From Octopus vulgaris (Eukaryota), in NCBI GenBank assembly GCA_951406725.2, contig OX597814.1, forward strand, positions 93,496,001 through 93,560,000: DNA of 64,000 nt. Direction: 5' to 3'. Each line of letters begins with the position of its first letter. Position 1 is the first letter of the stretch. Shown piece after piece: positions 41,520 to 53,724 of the stretch. The position numbers were made by a program, and so were the translations under genes. The notes beneath the pieces are model-generated. The model made no database searches. It had not been told where the DNA came from and was given only the letters and a program-made list of their open reading frames with translations.

Positions 41520-41905
41520 TGGGGCCGAGTCGGATGTCTCGAGATGTTCCGCGAACCCGTCAGCCAAGCGGCGTCCCGTTTGCCCGATTTATAGAGAAGA
41601 GCAGAGAAAGCGAGAGAGCAGGATATGCAGTAGATTACATTGGTGGAAGTGCAGGTGAAGGAGTCGGTGATATGATAGGGTCGATGATGGGTGCTGGTGA
41701 GGAGGCGTGGTGTTGGAGAGGTAAAGGCAAGTGGGCAGCATGCGCAGCGTGGACAGGGGAAGGAGTCGGGTTGGGTGGTAGGGTTAGGGAAGAAGCTGTG
41801 GACCAAGAGGTCTCGTAGGTTGCAGGCTCGTTTAAAGGAAGGGAGGGGGTCGGTTAGGGAAGACGTGTGAAGTGGAGGGGTGGAATAGTGCGTTGGAGAG
41901 GTAGT
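41520..41905 (-). pseudogene. PLE GIY-YIG endonuclease fragment
   Basis: FPCPRCACC (Cys linker), ITDSFTCTSTNVIYCISCS, then after a frameshift Y(I)GQTGRRLADGFAEHL. Confidence 0.88.
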
Positions 41906-41933
41906 GTATATATATATATGTATATAGAATAAA

Positions 41934-42184
41934 CATAAATGCGTCCTTTTAAAGCCTACCCAGGCTCATGGGCCCGGTTTTCCAGTTTCAATGGTGTATG
42001 TGTACCCCAGCTGGACAGGACGCCAGTTCATCGCAGCGTTACTCATTTTTGCCAGCTGAGTGAAGTGGAGCAACGTGAAATGAAGTGTTTTGCTCAAGAA
42101 CACAACGCGTCACCCGGTCCAGGAACCGAAACCACAATCTTACGATCATGATGCTGACACTATAACCACTAAGCCACGCGCCTC
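41934..42184 (-). mobile_element. tRNA-derived CORE-like SINE, family C
   Basis: Minus head aggcgcgtggcttagtggtta...ggtttcggttcc, core gtgttcttgagcaaaacacttc. Its 3' part resembles 60860-60950. Confidence 0.75.
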
Positions 42185-42185
42185 A

Positions 42186-42259
<74 letters not shown>

Positions 42260-42284
42260 ATGTATGTATATATATATTTATATA

Positions 42285-42341
<57 letters not shown>

Positions 42342-42405
42342 TTCCTTTTTGTATCTGGTATGAAAAATTAGTTATGTGAATTGGCGTGTTGAAGCTTATT
42401 TTATG

Positions 42406-42629
42406 GTGTCTGGGGAGAGTCATTCTGTTTTAATACCTTATGAATTAAGCCACTCATCAGTTCGATTTCCACTCATATACTTATTTATTTTTTCAAAATT
42501 GTCATTGCGTCTTGCAACCTCTTCAAGAAGCAACGAAAATTTTAGAAAAAATATGTAAATAAGTGGAAATCGAACCGGTGAGTGTCTTAATTTACAAGAC
42601 CTTAAAACAGAATGACTCTCCCCAGACAC
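42406..42629. mobile_element. Fold-back element with degenerate HHR at the inversion point
   Basis: Arms 42406-42508 / 42530-42629. Minus strand reads UUC-UUGAAGA-G-GUUGC-aagac-GCAAU-GACA. The inverted arm keeps GCAAC-GAAA-AUUU-UA|GAA. Confidence 0.65.
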
Positions 42630-42674
<45 letters not shown>

Positions 42675-43019
42675 CACATATATATTCATAAATATAGGTA
42701 TGTAGCTGTATATCTACGGTTGAGTTATGTTCGCTATAATGTAAATATTTTCGCTCTGCTATACGAATTGAGTACTCTTATTGCATGTTGAATTACATAA
42801 CGGAATACATGCGCATACATATTCGATTATACATATAGACACACACATACGCATACAAACACGCACACATATGTATGTATGATCTCAAATTTAGGTTCAG
42901 TTTAATCGGCGAGATCTTGCTACGAAGTTTGTGGCCCAGAAACCTTTCGGTGATACAAGCCTCGAACATTACAGCCAATTGCAGAAGTCATGTTTGAAAG
43001 GCTTAGTGTCACATTATAT

Positions 43020-43342
43020 CAGTGGCACCCAAGTGGGGTGCCACTGTGGACTGGTGTGCTACAAGTGATGAGTAAGTGCACTAAAAAAACATTTTTAAAA
43101 GTATAATTTAAGGCTTTAGAAAATCTACATGTGTTTGAGCGATTTGGAAAATATGTTATTCATAATTTTCTTGCTCTCAAATGCAATTAATAAAAGCATG
43201 ACAGCAATATTTCTATATATTTATGCTCTAAATATTTTAACTTTGAGACATGTCTTTTTAAATACTTTTCATACAAACTGTGCCAATAATTTCTCATTTG
43301 ATCCCCGGTGTGTCACTAAGTCAAAACGATTATGGAATACTG
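43020..43342. mobile_element. Possible hAT-like MITE
   Basis: Ends cagtggcacccaa ... ttatggaatactg (weak TIR). No 8-bp TSD seen. Confidence 0.25.
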
Positions 43343-43369
43343 ATGAAAGTGGTTGGTAAAACAAGAGGG

Positions 43370-44250
43370 ATAAAAACGAAAAGTATTTGCATGAAATTTA
43401 TGATGCACATTTAAAGAACCTCAACCGATTGAACATAACAATATATATAGTACTTCCACAATGGAATCTATTTAGAAATAATCTATTTTGACTCTTCTTC
43501 CTTGATGCAGTGCAACTAGCCAATCTTTCGTTCTGCATACTTATAATGTTGCTTTGATATTTGTTAATTCATAAGCGTCTGTATGAATCCAATTCGTTTT
43601 TTGTTTTTATTCCTGGTTGGCTTCGTAAGTCGATTTGCACAAACCGTCTAGTTTGTTTTATTTGGTCTGTTGATTGAAAAATAAATGATATACCCCACCC
43701 ATCTAACAACTAATATTAAAGTTTCTATGATAGCTTTACTCGGAAACCTAGCGTCAGTTAATTTGAATAGACTATTTTAGCAAAAAGGATATGGGAACTT
43801 GTGTTCTACGATTAATCTCTATTGACTTGGCTACGTTTTGTTGTTCTACCAACTAAGAATAATGTCAGTTCAAAGCTGACAATTACAATCAACTTAACAC
43901 GCGTTGGCGTGATTTCAAGTGATAAGAAAAGAAGGAAAACATATATTGTTGATAAGAAACCCACCATTTAACATAAGTCAAAGCAAGAGAAAAGGAATGG
44001 TTTCAATTGTAAAAGCAATAAAAGATTTAATTTTTCCTTTCTTTCATATCTTTATAAGGTTGGGTTTGTGTGCTGGAACTCGTTCTAAAAAAGCTAAATG
44101 TACATGGACGTTTCTCTTTAATTTGGTATACGACTTAGTTTCAAAGAAGCTTTTTTGCTAAGTAGATTGAATTATTAAAACGAAAAAAAAAAAAATGTTA
44201 TTACGTTATCAATGCAAACACCTCTTTACTAGCACAACAGGAGGTACATT
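43370..44250 (-). pseudogene. Possible very old PLE RT/endonuclease remnant
   Basis: Scattered peptide remnants only (AFLE..PAHKPN, Cys-rich C-terminus). Confidence 0.25.
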
Positions 44251-44503
44251 GGACTTTATTTTATCACTATTCCTTCGATACTGTGCGGTTTCGCGTTCGA
44301 AGCCTAGTGGGTAGAATTTGCTATTTACCAATGTTCTACGTGAAACAAATCCTAGGATCCGAGGAAATTAGTGATTATTTTCGACAGATATAATTCAGTA
44401 CAAAACGTTTAGAAGAGCAAGAATTTGATTTGCATTGAGAAAGAGGAGGTTCTATTGTGTTCATTTGTAATTCTGAATTAAACATTTGTCGAAAATATAT
44501 GAG

Positions 44504-44660
44504 GTGAACTGGGAAAATTAGCACGCTGGGCGGAATGCATAGCAGTATTTCGTCCATCCTTATGTTATGATTTTAAATTCTGCCGAGGTCGACTTTGCTT
44601 CTCTTTTTTTCGAGATCGATAGAATAGGTGCCAACTGAGCACTGGTGCCGATGTAATTGG
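44504..44660 (+). mobile_element. SINE family A (decayed)
   Basis: ttagcacgctgggcggaatgc...aaattctgccgaggtcgactttgc. Confidence 0.65.
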
Positions 44661-45027
44661 TGTAGAGTAGGCTCATCAAACCAGTCTGACCTAAAGCCCA
44701 AATTCACGGCCTCCATATTAGACCGATGTTGATGGGGAGAACATGCTGAGGTTTTCGCCCTGCAGTCGACTTGTATGTATATATACATATATGTACAAAG
44801 GTCTACGATAGGAAAATTATTACATTACTTAGCCACCCTACTTCCTCATCAGGAGAGGAGATAAATATGGATGCAATGCACTGGAATATTCGTCTCCTAC
44901 ATTAGGAATGACTTTAGATTAGCAACAATACATAGACACATACACAAATGAGCAAACATATATATGCATTTTTTTATAAGAGCTGCACAAATATAAAAAA
45001 AACTGCTACTCACATTCTTGCTCACAA

Positions 45028-45065
45028 CTGTCTGACGAATGGGAACGTGAAACTCTGAGTAGCAG
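45028..45065 (+). ncRNA. Minimal type-I hammerhead ribozyme
   Basis: CUGU-CUGACGA-AUG-GGAA-CGU-GAAA-CUCUGAG-UA|GCAG. GNRA-capped stem II, near-palindromic stem III, GUA site. Inverted copy of its 3' end (ctgctactca) at 45003-45012. Confidence 0.8.
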
Positions 45066-45121
45066 ATTTTACTATATAATATATATATTTTTTACTATTA
45101 TATATATATATATATATATAT

Positions 45122-45201
<80 letters not shown>

Positions 45202-45206
<5 letters not shown>

Positions 45207-45538
45207 CAAAAAAGAAAAAAAGGCAAACAAAGACTTGACAATGATATTTAATCTAGGTATATAATAAAAAGTTTACAGTCTCTGATAGCTGTTTCTAGAA
45301 TATCCCAGCTATTGGAACATTGTATTGGGGAAAGATTCTTCCACTCTTATGTAAGGTTAACATCTCTCCCTCCGATAACGATATACTCAACCAACGGAAT
45401 CTTCACTCAACACGAGGTTCCGATAATAGCTGGGATATTCTAGAAAAATGCTCTCAGAGACTATCTAGACATTTTATTATGTAGCTAGATTAAACGTCCT
45501 TGTGAAGTCTTGCCAAAGTGTTTGCCTTTTCTGCTTTA
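45202..45538. mobile_element. Fold-back element (about 140-bp arms) with degenerate long-stem-II HHR
   Basis: Arms 45202-45338 / 45397-45538. The left arm antisense reads ctaGAAACAGCTATC|AGAG. The spacer has CCGATAA (decayed CTGATGA) at 45372-45378. Confidence 0.6.
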
Positions 45539-45718
45539 ATCTATACATACTGGCTCAAGGAGAAGCTACTTCTAGCCGATTTAGGAAAGGCGTTACAAAA
45601 TCACATGTTCAGCTGCAGTTCAACTGGAATTTTAGTGGCACACTAATTTGAGCACTTAGAGTGCATACCTATTAGTCTGAGTCACCCTTATGAACACGCC
45701 TCGTATCTTGTATATATG

Positions 45719-45775
<57 letters not shown>

Positions 45776-45830
45776 CCTTAAATCCTTAAAAATGTTTCAG
45801 CCCGAAGGCTGCGGCCATGTATATATAATC

Positions 45831-46067
45831 AATCAAAGGACATACTAAGTATGTCTACCGCCTAGAAATAACAGTAAAAACTCTTATTTTAATCAACAAA
45901 TAAGAGTTTTGACTGTTATTTTCAGGAGGTAGATATACTTAGTATGTCCTTTGATTAAATTTGATCCTTCAGCTATTTAATGCTTTTTGGGGGGCCTGCA
46001 ATCGCCTATATTATTGATTCTGTTATTAACATTTCTAAATTGTTAGACTAGCTAATAACAGAGTCAA
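45831..46067. repeat. Two adjacent hairpins (59-bp arms with 8-nt loop; 17-bp arms)
   Basis: 45831-45889 pairs with 45898-45956 with about 5 mismatches. 46014-46030 pairs with 46051-46067. Confidence 0.85.
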
Positions 46068-46611
46068 AGACATCTTGGCAAGTTCTTTTTTTGTGAATTA
46101 CTTTTCTCGTGTATATGTATATATATAGGTTACATTGAAACTGAAATTTGTCTCCGAATCTGTTGTCACGTAGCAATTTAATTACGAAATAAAAATTTAA
46201 ACAATGATGGTAATAACGTCCACAGGCACACGGCCAGCTGAACTGAGGGGAAGCGATTAGCCGATTTCATCAACCCCACTATTATACTGGTATTTTATGT
46301 TATCGATCCACGATGGATGATAAGTAAACTCTGAATGTATAGCCAAACATCGTTCTGACCCACGAATGGTTCCACTAATCCACGAGGAATCTGTTGTAAT
46401 ATTAAAGGAACGATTATTATGCTGACAATGCCAAGAATTATGATGAAAACAAAACTTCAGCAATGATGTTCATTACGACGACGACGACAAGAACGATGAC
46501 GACAGCGATGATGATGATGATTATGATGATGATGATGTTGATGATGATGATGATGACTGCATCTTATTATAGTCGAAAATCATAGCATTATATTGGCAAA
46601 GTCTAAACAGA

Positions 46612-46758
46612 GAGTTGGCTCAATCATTAGCGCGCCGGACAAAATCCTTAGTGGCATTTATTCCGACTCTCTCTATATTCTAAGTTCAAATTCTACCGAT
46701 GTCGACTTTGCCTTTCGTTCTTTCGGTGTGTGTGTGTGTGTGTGTGTGTGTTGGTGTT

Positions 46759-46789
<31 letters not shown>

Positions 46790-46860
46790 GTGTGTGTGTG
46801 TGAGATAAAATAAGAACGAGGTGAATACTCGAGGCAATGTAATCGACCAACACTTTCTTT
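46612..46860 (+). mobile_element. SINE family A (decayed, split by TG tract)
   Basis: aagttcaaattctaccgatgtcgactttgcctttc..tcgg[(TG)n]gataaaataag. Confidence 0.65.
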
Positions 46861-47746
46861 GCAAAAAGGGGGAAAGGAAAAAGAAAAAGAAATGCTTGCC
46901 TTCAATTTAGAATAATTGTTCACAAAACCCTTAGATTACTATTTAACTAATGACTATCCGAAAAGATTTATATAATTGCATTTAAAAAATTCGATTGATA
47001 AATAGTAAATAGGAAAGAAAAGGAATAAGGAAATAAAAAGAATGAAAATGATTCAAAAGTTTAAAATATACTAAAAAGAAACAAAAGGCAAATGAGACAA
47101 AAATAAAACGAACCTCCCCCCTCTATCTCATATATATATATATGCATGTGTGTGTGAATATATATGTGTATATATGTATGTATATATGTGTATATACGTA
47201 TATATATATATATGTATGTGTGTGTGTATATATATGTGTGTATATATGTGTGTGTATATGTATGTATATATGCTTGTATATATGTATGTGTAAGAGAAGC
47301 AATGAAAGATTCGGGAAGGACTACAGTGAAATAACAGAAAAGAAAACTAAAAGAGAAATAACGAAACAAAAATGAAAAGAAAGAAAAAAAAATGAAGGAT
47401 CGTAAATAAGCCAGAATAGCAAACGATTCAAGATGATGAGGAAGCAGGAAAAAGCAAAAATAATCTAATAAATAGGTAAAGCTGTAGAAAGTTCTTGTTA
47501 TAATGTTATCTGACTAGATGTGAATAGATGGCTGAGTTTAAGACATTACATACATATAAAATCAATCAAACTAAAGATCGATCTACTAAGCAAGCAATTA
47601 ATCAATGCCGCCATTTTGTAAACAAACAAATGTGCAGAGACCATAGGTATATGCATACGTACATGCATACATGCATACATACACATGCGCACACAGCCAA
47701 CACATGTATATTTATACATACTCAAACATACATACATTCATTTTTG

Positions 47747-47801
<55 letters not shown>

Positions 47802-47942
47802 ATTATAATAGTCTTTGAGCTATGATTCATTCTCACAGTTACTCGTGCAGAAATGTGATATAACAAAATGATTACACATACACATACACACCCGTGCGCG
47901 CACACACGCGCACACACATATAATATATATATATATATATAT

Positions 47943-48746
47943 AGGGAGAATTCACAAAAAAAAAAGCAAAAGATGAAGACAGGTGGTGTAGACAACAAGC
48001 AGATGTATTAGTATAACGCTCGGGAAGTGAACAATGTTTCGAGCCTACGCTCTTCCACAGAAAGGAACACAGAAAGAAACAAGGAGAGAAAATAAAGAAT
48101 GTATAGTGGCTAGCGATCTATCATGGCGAATGCCAGACAGAAGGGTCACACAGGAGAGCTAGGGAAAAGGGGAGATAATAAAGTAGTGGTGACCCCAAAA
48201 CGAAGGTCTGCGTGCGTGTGTATAAGAGAGTTTGTATATGCGTGTGGAAGAGGGCTGGTGATCTTGACGTGTGCGTATGTGTATGTGTAGATTTGAAAAT
48301 GTGGGTCTGGGAAGTGGTCAGTGCTGATGTGTGCATGGTGGTGTGTTGATGGGATATGTTGTGGGATATGATGGTTTAAGGTGTAGTGGTGTGTGGTGTG
48401 TGGTGTGGTGTGATGGTTTTGGGAGGTGGGAGAGGTGAGAGTGGGGAAAGCAAGGGTGGGTGTGAGTGAGGCTGAGAGTGGGGCTAGTGGTGGGGTATGT
48501 GGGAGTGGTTGTAAGGTATGGAGTGGGATGGGATGTGGAAGGATAGGGAAAGCGGGGTGGAATATGTAGGGGTAGGTTGGCTTACGGGGGAGGGGTGACG
48601 AGGAAGGGGGAGAAGGTGCGTAGGAGATTAGATGAAGAGGGGAGGAGATTTGAGCCCATGTGAGGCAAAGGAGCAAAGAGAGAAGATTAATCCCTGTTTA
48701 CGGCGCAAACGGGAGTCTGGATGGCCCCCTGTGCAAGGACAATCCG
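47943..48746 (-). mobile_element. PLE 3' end: GIY-YIG C-terminus, 3' UTR and degenerate HHR
   Basis: HPDSRLRRKQGLIFSLCSFASHGLK..* (stop at 48628) resembles the E..LIF.L.T..P.GLN end of PLE ORFs. Downstream CUGUGGA-A-GAGC-guag-GCUC-GAAA-CAUU at 48060-48033. Confidence 0.7.
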
Positions 48747-49339
48747 CATACATACATACATACATACATATATAACAATATATACAGTTAGGCGCGGTAT
48801 AATGCCAAAAAGGAAAAAATTTATCCTCACTAATTATGACTGGGGGTGCCGAAACACCCATATTGCAAGAAATAAGATTTAAAAGCTCTTAATGTTGTAT
48901 GAAGTGCACAATATATGGTTTGTGGTAAATATATATACTGGCAGGCCGATTTAGGCAAACTAGCGAACGATTGAATAGTCTTGAGTCGCTCATAGGTGCG
49001 GTTATCTCCCCTGTCAGTATACATGTATTGCGCTGTTTATACAACATTATGAGTTTTAACTCTTACTTCTTGCAATATAGGTGCTTCGTCACCATCATTC
49101 ACAATTAATGATGATAAAACTTTTCCTACACACACATACACATACCACACACCTACATACATATACACACATATTTATTATTTATATATGTATATACATG
49201 CATATACATATATTTATATATATGTATACATACACACACATATACACACACACACATTTGTGTATGCTATGCAAAAGATATGCGTACACTAGAAAAAGTG
49301 CAAAGTCACAGGCATATATTTAATAGATATATATTTAGT

Positions 49340-50300
49340 CTCGCGGCGAAATTATACTCTGTGGTTGAATCACATCGGCTTCGATAGTTGGAAACAAGGG
49401 AAGACCTAACTGGCTTTGTGTTTCTTACGATTCATCAGAGATCTCCTACATATGGTTTTTATGTTTGTAATGCCAAAGGCAAGCATCTTAGAACTGCTTA
49501 CTGAAATTTTAAACAATTGTTTGTGCACGTATCGGAATAACAAGTAAACATAATAAACCACATATATACGGATTCATACACATACTGCATACAGTACAAA
49601 CAAATTTACCTCGTTAACGAACATCTTTCATCGTGTTGCAACGACACAACTACAAAACTTTACTTAAATGGATTATACCCAGTGAACCACCGTGGAATTT
49701 AAATCCAAACATAAAGAGGCGTAACCATATACCGAAAGATATTTTGTCTGATTCTCTGCAAATTCTACCACAGATTCTATCGCAGGTTCTAGAAAGTACC
49801 AAAGTTCAGCTCTTGAAGAATGACACAAAGTAAAATATAAGTTTCAGGCGAACTCAGCCGTGAGATAGATCCTATTTCTGATTGTTAGTATTTCACTGTC
49901 TTTAAGTCACAAATGACTTAGATAAATACTAAAGAACGCAAAACTGACAACCTTTTCTTTTGTAAATATGAGGCTTTGATGCCAATGAAAAACAATTGGT
50001 CAGACAGTTACTTGCACAAATATGCCCCTGTTTGCCAACAATATCTTATTAATACGTAATGCAATAGAAGATGCCCGCTGAAGAATAATCTTTTATTATT
50101 CACGTGTTTCGCTATTTGCTTTCTGAGAATGATCTTAGCTTTAGCACTTAAGAAATTAAAAGTTTGGAAAGCTATTGATAAGAAACAGCTTGTTTTGACG
50201 GTAAATCTAATTGGATTCGTGTGCCCCAAAGACTTCCATAAGTTAAAGAACACATTGTAAACTGTCAGTTTAGGTACTATTTGCAATTCAAATGAATATA
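49340..50300 (+). pseudogene. Highly decayed PLE reverse transcriptase remnant
   Basis: SYDSSEI (GSYDGAE-like motif), YRNN, RNHIPKDIL (SNHP-like). Shares gattcatcagaga with 58250-59240. Confidence 0.35.
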
Positions 50301-50457
50301 AGAATATATTTAATAACGATTACTATATTGCAGTAAAAAGCATTGTAACATACACTTTATATCTCTGTCTATATAGTTCGTTTTTATGTATGTATGTATG
50401 TATGTATGTATGTATGTATGTATGTATGTATGTATGTATGTGTGTATGCATGCATGT

Positions 50458-52255
50458 CAGGTCGCTCTTGAGTGCTACTGGTACCATGTAGTCTAGTATA
50501 ACCAGTTACATGGTCGGGTCGTCGGTAACTAAAGTGGCAACCCCACCAGGCTTGCTTGGTGAGGTGGGTGCTTGTTGGACTACCTGCGGGTCAAAATAAG
50601 ACCAGTGAAAGGGCGGAGGAAGTACAGCGTAGTCAACGGCCATTCGACAACGTGTGTTTGTGGACGTGGGTATGAGGTGTTTCTGTGTGTGTGTGTATTG
50701 TATATACTGCATTTTAAACTCTGTGTGTGTGTGTTGTATATATTATATTTCAACCTGTGTGTGTGCACATTGTATATTGTGCTTTAAATTTTATATATTT
50801 TATGTTAATTTTATTCTTAATTTTAGTCAATTTTATCTCATTTAAAAATTGTTTTTCTTATTTTAATATTTAAAAAAAATAAATAGATGAGGGGTGGATA
50901 GAGCTCCTCTGTTTTCCCAAGCCGTGGCGAGGCAATCTATCTAGGAGAAAGTAACTCTGAATTTAAATACTTCACGGTTGCCTTGTAGTTAGCCTTTGGT
51001 TGGCCAAAGACTGGGAGAAGGACACTCTGATATAAAACCTGCGACCGCAAATGCACCCAATGATGTCGACTTGCTCTTCTTTTTGGATCATACTTTGTAG
51101 TTTAGAGAGTGGAAATGATTTCTGTGCAAAACTTTTCCTCACTTTAAAAAGTGTCAAGCACAGGTATTGCTGGAGAGGAAAAGAAATGAACATCTTGTAT
51201 GTACATGGCTGGCCGAAGCTTAAAAAAGAACAACTAAACAATGAAAGTTGATATTGACACTGAAGCAAATGGCAAAAAGTGCCCTGGAACATTTTGTTCT
51301 GTGGTCTGGCCCGGCAGGTATCCCAGTGCCCCACAGCCTCAATCCGGACGTCATCCTGCAATTGTGAGTAAATTCAGGTTAAGATGCAAGCTTAGGAATA
51401 TAGGATGTTGGAATGTTCGAACTTTATTAGACAATGATTGTCTGAAATATCGTCCGGAGAAAAGATCCACGCTTGTTGCAATATGATGTAGATGTTGTAG
51501 CGTTAGCCGAATCAAGATTTCATGGAAGGGGGAGTTTCGTAGAGAAATCTGCAGGGTATCATTTATTTTGGAGCGTTGGAGAGGAGACCTATAAGAGAGA
51601 ACCAGGAGTTGGATTTGCAATCAAAACCACTCTGGTTTCAAAACTTGAGGAACTACCATGTGGTCTTTTTGATCGTTTGATGTCTTTAAGACTTCCATTA
51701 AGAAAAAGTCACTATGCAACACTCATAAGTATATATAGTCCAACTATGAATTCATCAGAGGATGTTAGCAACAAACAAGATGACAATTATCCGTCAAATG
51801 TAAATAATGTGCATAATTCCTCATCTCTTAAATATAGAACTGTAAACTTGCCTTCGATTTATCACTTACAGAGATTATACCCAGTATTTCCCATGATGAC
51901 AAAGCTGTCATTTTGGGTGATTTCAATGCTCGCGTTGGTGCAGATTGGGAGACTTGGGGTGTGTTAAGAAAGCAAGGGATTGGGAGTTCCAACGATAATG
52001 GTTTACTACTGTTACAAATGTGCGTAGAGATGGATTTGTGTGTCATTAATACAATGTTTCAACTAAAGAATAAGTATAAAACGACATAGATGCATCCTGA
52101 TTCTAAGAAAAGGCATATTATAGATTACATCTTCACCAGGAAACGAGATACAAGGTACTTTGCTATTGTACGAGTGATCCGTAGTGCAGAATGCTGGACT
52201 GACCATAGGCTTTTGCGTGCCAAGGTGAATTTTGTTGTTAAGCCTAAGGTTGTAT
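50458..52255 (+). pseudogene. RTE-clade LINE 5' region: 5' UTR and AP-endonuclease pseudogene
   Basis: IGCWNVRTLLD, YDVDVVALAESRF, GVGFAIK, RLMSLRLPL, ISIYSPT, ILGDFNARVG, NDNGLLLL, IDYI, CWTDHRLL. Stops, frameshifts and a 77-81-bp insertion. The 5' boundary is approximate. Confidence 0.92.
51763..51843 (+). mobile_element. Solo insertion of the post-cleavage 3' part of the tRNA-HHR unit
   Basis: tgttagcaacaaacaagatga..atccgtcaaatgtaaataatgtgcataattcctcatctcttaaatatagaactgt matches the reverse complement of 5482-5574. Removing it restores SSEDV-KLAF in the RTE ORF. Confidence 0.85.
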
Positions 52256-53218
52256 GGTGAGCTGGAAGATGGCAGGAGACCAGCGCATAAGGGCGTGCAT
52301 CTCAGCTGGAGGTCTGAAAAGACACGTTAAGTGAGTGCATATGGTGGCACCTGTTTCTCTTGCCAGTTAGCAAAGTTGTGGAGTATGTCATAAAATGTGT
52401 AAAAGTTTGGCTGGGCTTAAAAGTCATATACTGTCATCACATAGCATCAATAATGAATCATTTCAGTAAGTCTTTTTGGCAATGGCTTTTCTCGTGTCAC
52501 GAGGGTTCAGCTATGATGTATGTATGTATGTATGTATGTATGTATGTATGTATGTATGTATGTATGTATGTATGTATGTATGTATGTATGTATGTGTATG
52601 TATGCGTGTGTATGTGTGTGTGTGTCTAAGTGTGTATATGCATATATAAATACATACATATGTGTGTGTGTGAGACTGTGTACATATTCGCTTGAGTTAT
52701 TTGGCAAAATGTGTCTGTTATTTCACTCCGTTACCCTACTTAAAAGGAACAAATGAACTGCATTTGGTTTATCTCATTGCATATGTAACGGTAATATAAA
52801 GATATATTTCATAATAAAGTTTGATGGCAATACAAGTGAAAAGTGATAAATGACTTAACAAACCGCTATACGCACGCATGCACACACATGCACATGCGCA
52901 CACACACCACACACACACACGCAAACATGCATACACACACATATATACGCAAACACACACAAATTAGCTTGCCAAGGAAAGCAGAATGATGTCTTCTATA
53001 CATGTATTAGAAATATATTATTTCTTTCAACTGAATTATTCTCGAGACTCTAATTTCATGCTATAGCAATCCATAGGCGAGGACTTGTATCTGCAGTTTG
53101 ACTATTGCAATGATGTGAAACGATAAAACCACAATAATTAACTTATATGTATGTTAATTATTGTGGATTATATATGCACATACACTCAGACGTGCACATA
53201 CACTCGCGATCTTTATAT

Positions 53219-53343
53219 CATACTTAACGTAGATGTTTTATATAGTTTGTCCATATTACACTGAGGACCAGTTTTCCGCTGACCGGATATGTTATAATAC
53301 TGCACTATTAGGGCGCTGATATAGCACATCCACGTTAAGTATG
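53219..53343 (+). repeat. Small fold-back element with decayed HHR-like centre
   Basis: 18-bp arms catacttaacgtagatgt / acatccacgttaagtatg. Inner tattaca-CTGAGGA-c-cagt..accg-GATA-tgt-tataata. Confidence 0.45.
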
Positions 53344-53353
53344 GTCGTTGCTA

Positions 53354-53404
<51 letters not shown>

Positions 53405-53681
53405 CTCTCTCTCTCTCTCTCTCACAGTCCACAGATGAGATCCAGACATTCCCAATATAGACATGTATTAGTTCTTAAATGAGTCAAACTTCGACTACGA
53501 TATAATTGCCTGTCTGTGTATGATTGCCGTATGTATGTATGTGTTTATGTATGTATGTATGTGTATCTATATATATCTATATATATGTATGTGTGTGTGT
53601 ATATATATATATTATGAATATGCAGATATACATAAACATAAGCACACGCATATATATCTATATATATATATATGTGTATGC

Positions 53682-53724
<43 letters not shown>

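Noticed and set aside
49415-49440. Minus-strand CTGATGA-atcgtaa-GAAA as a hammerhead
   Set aside because: Stem II cannot form and there is no UH site with stem I. Again RT coding sequence (SYDSSE).
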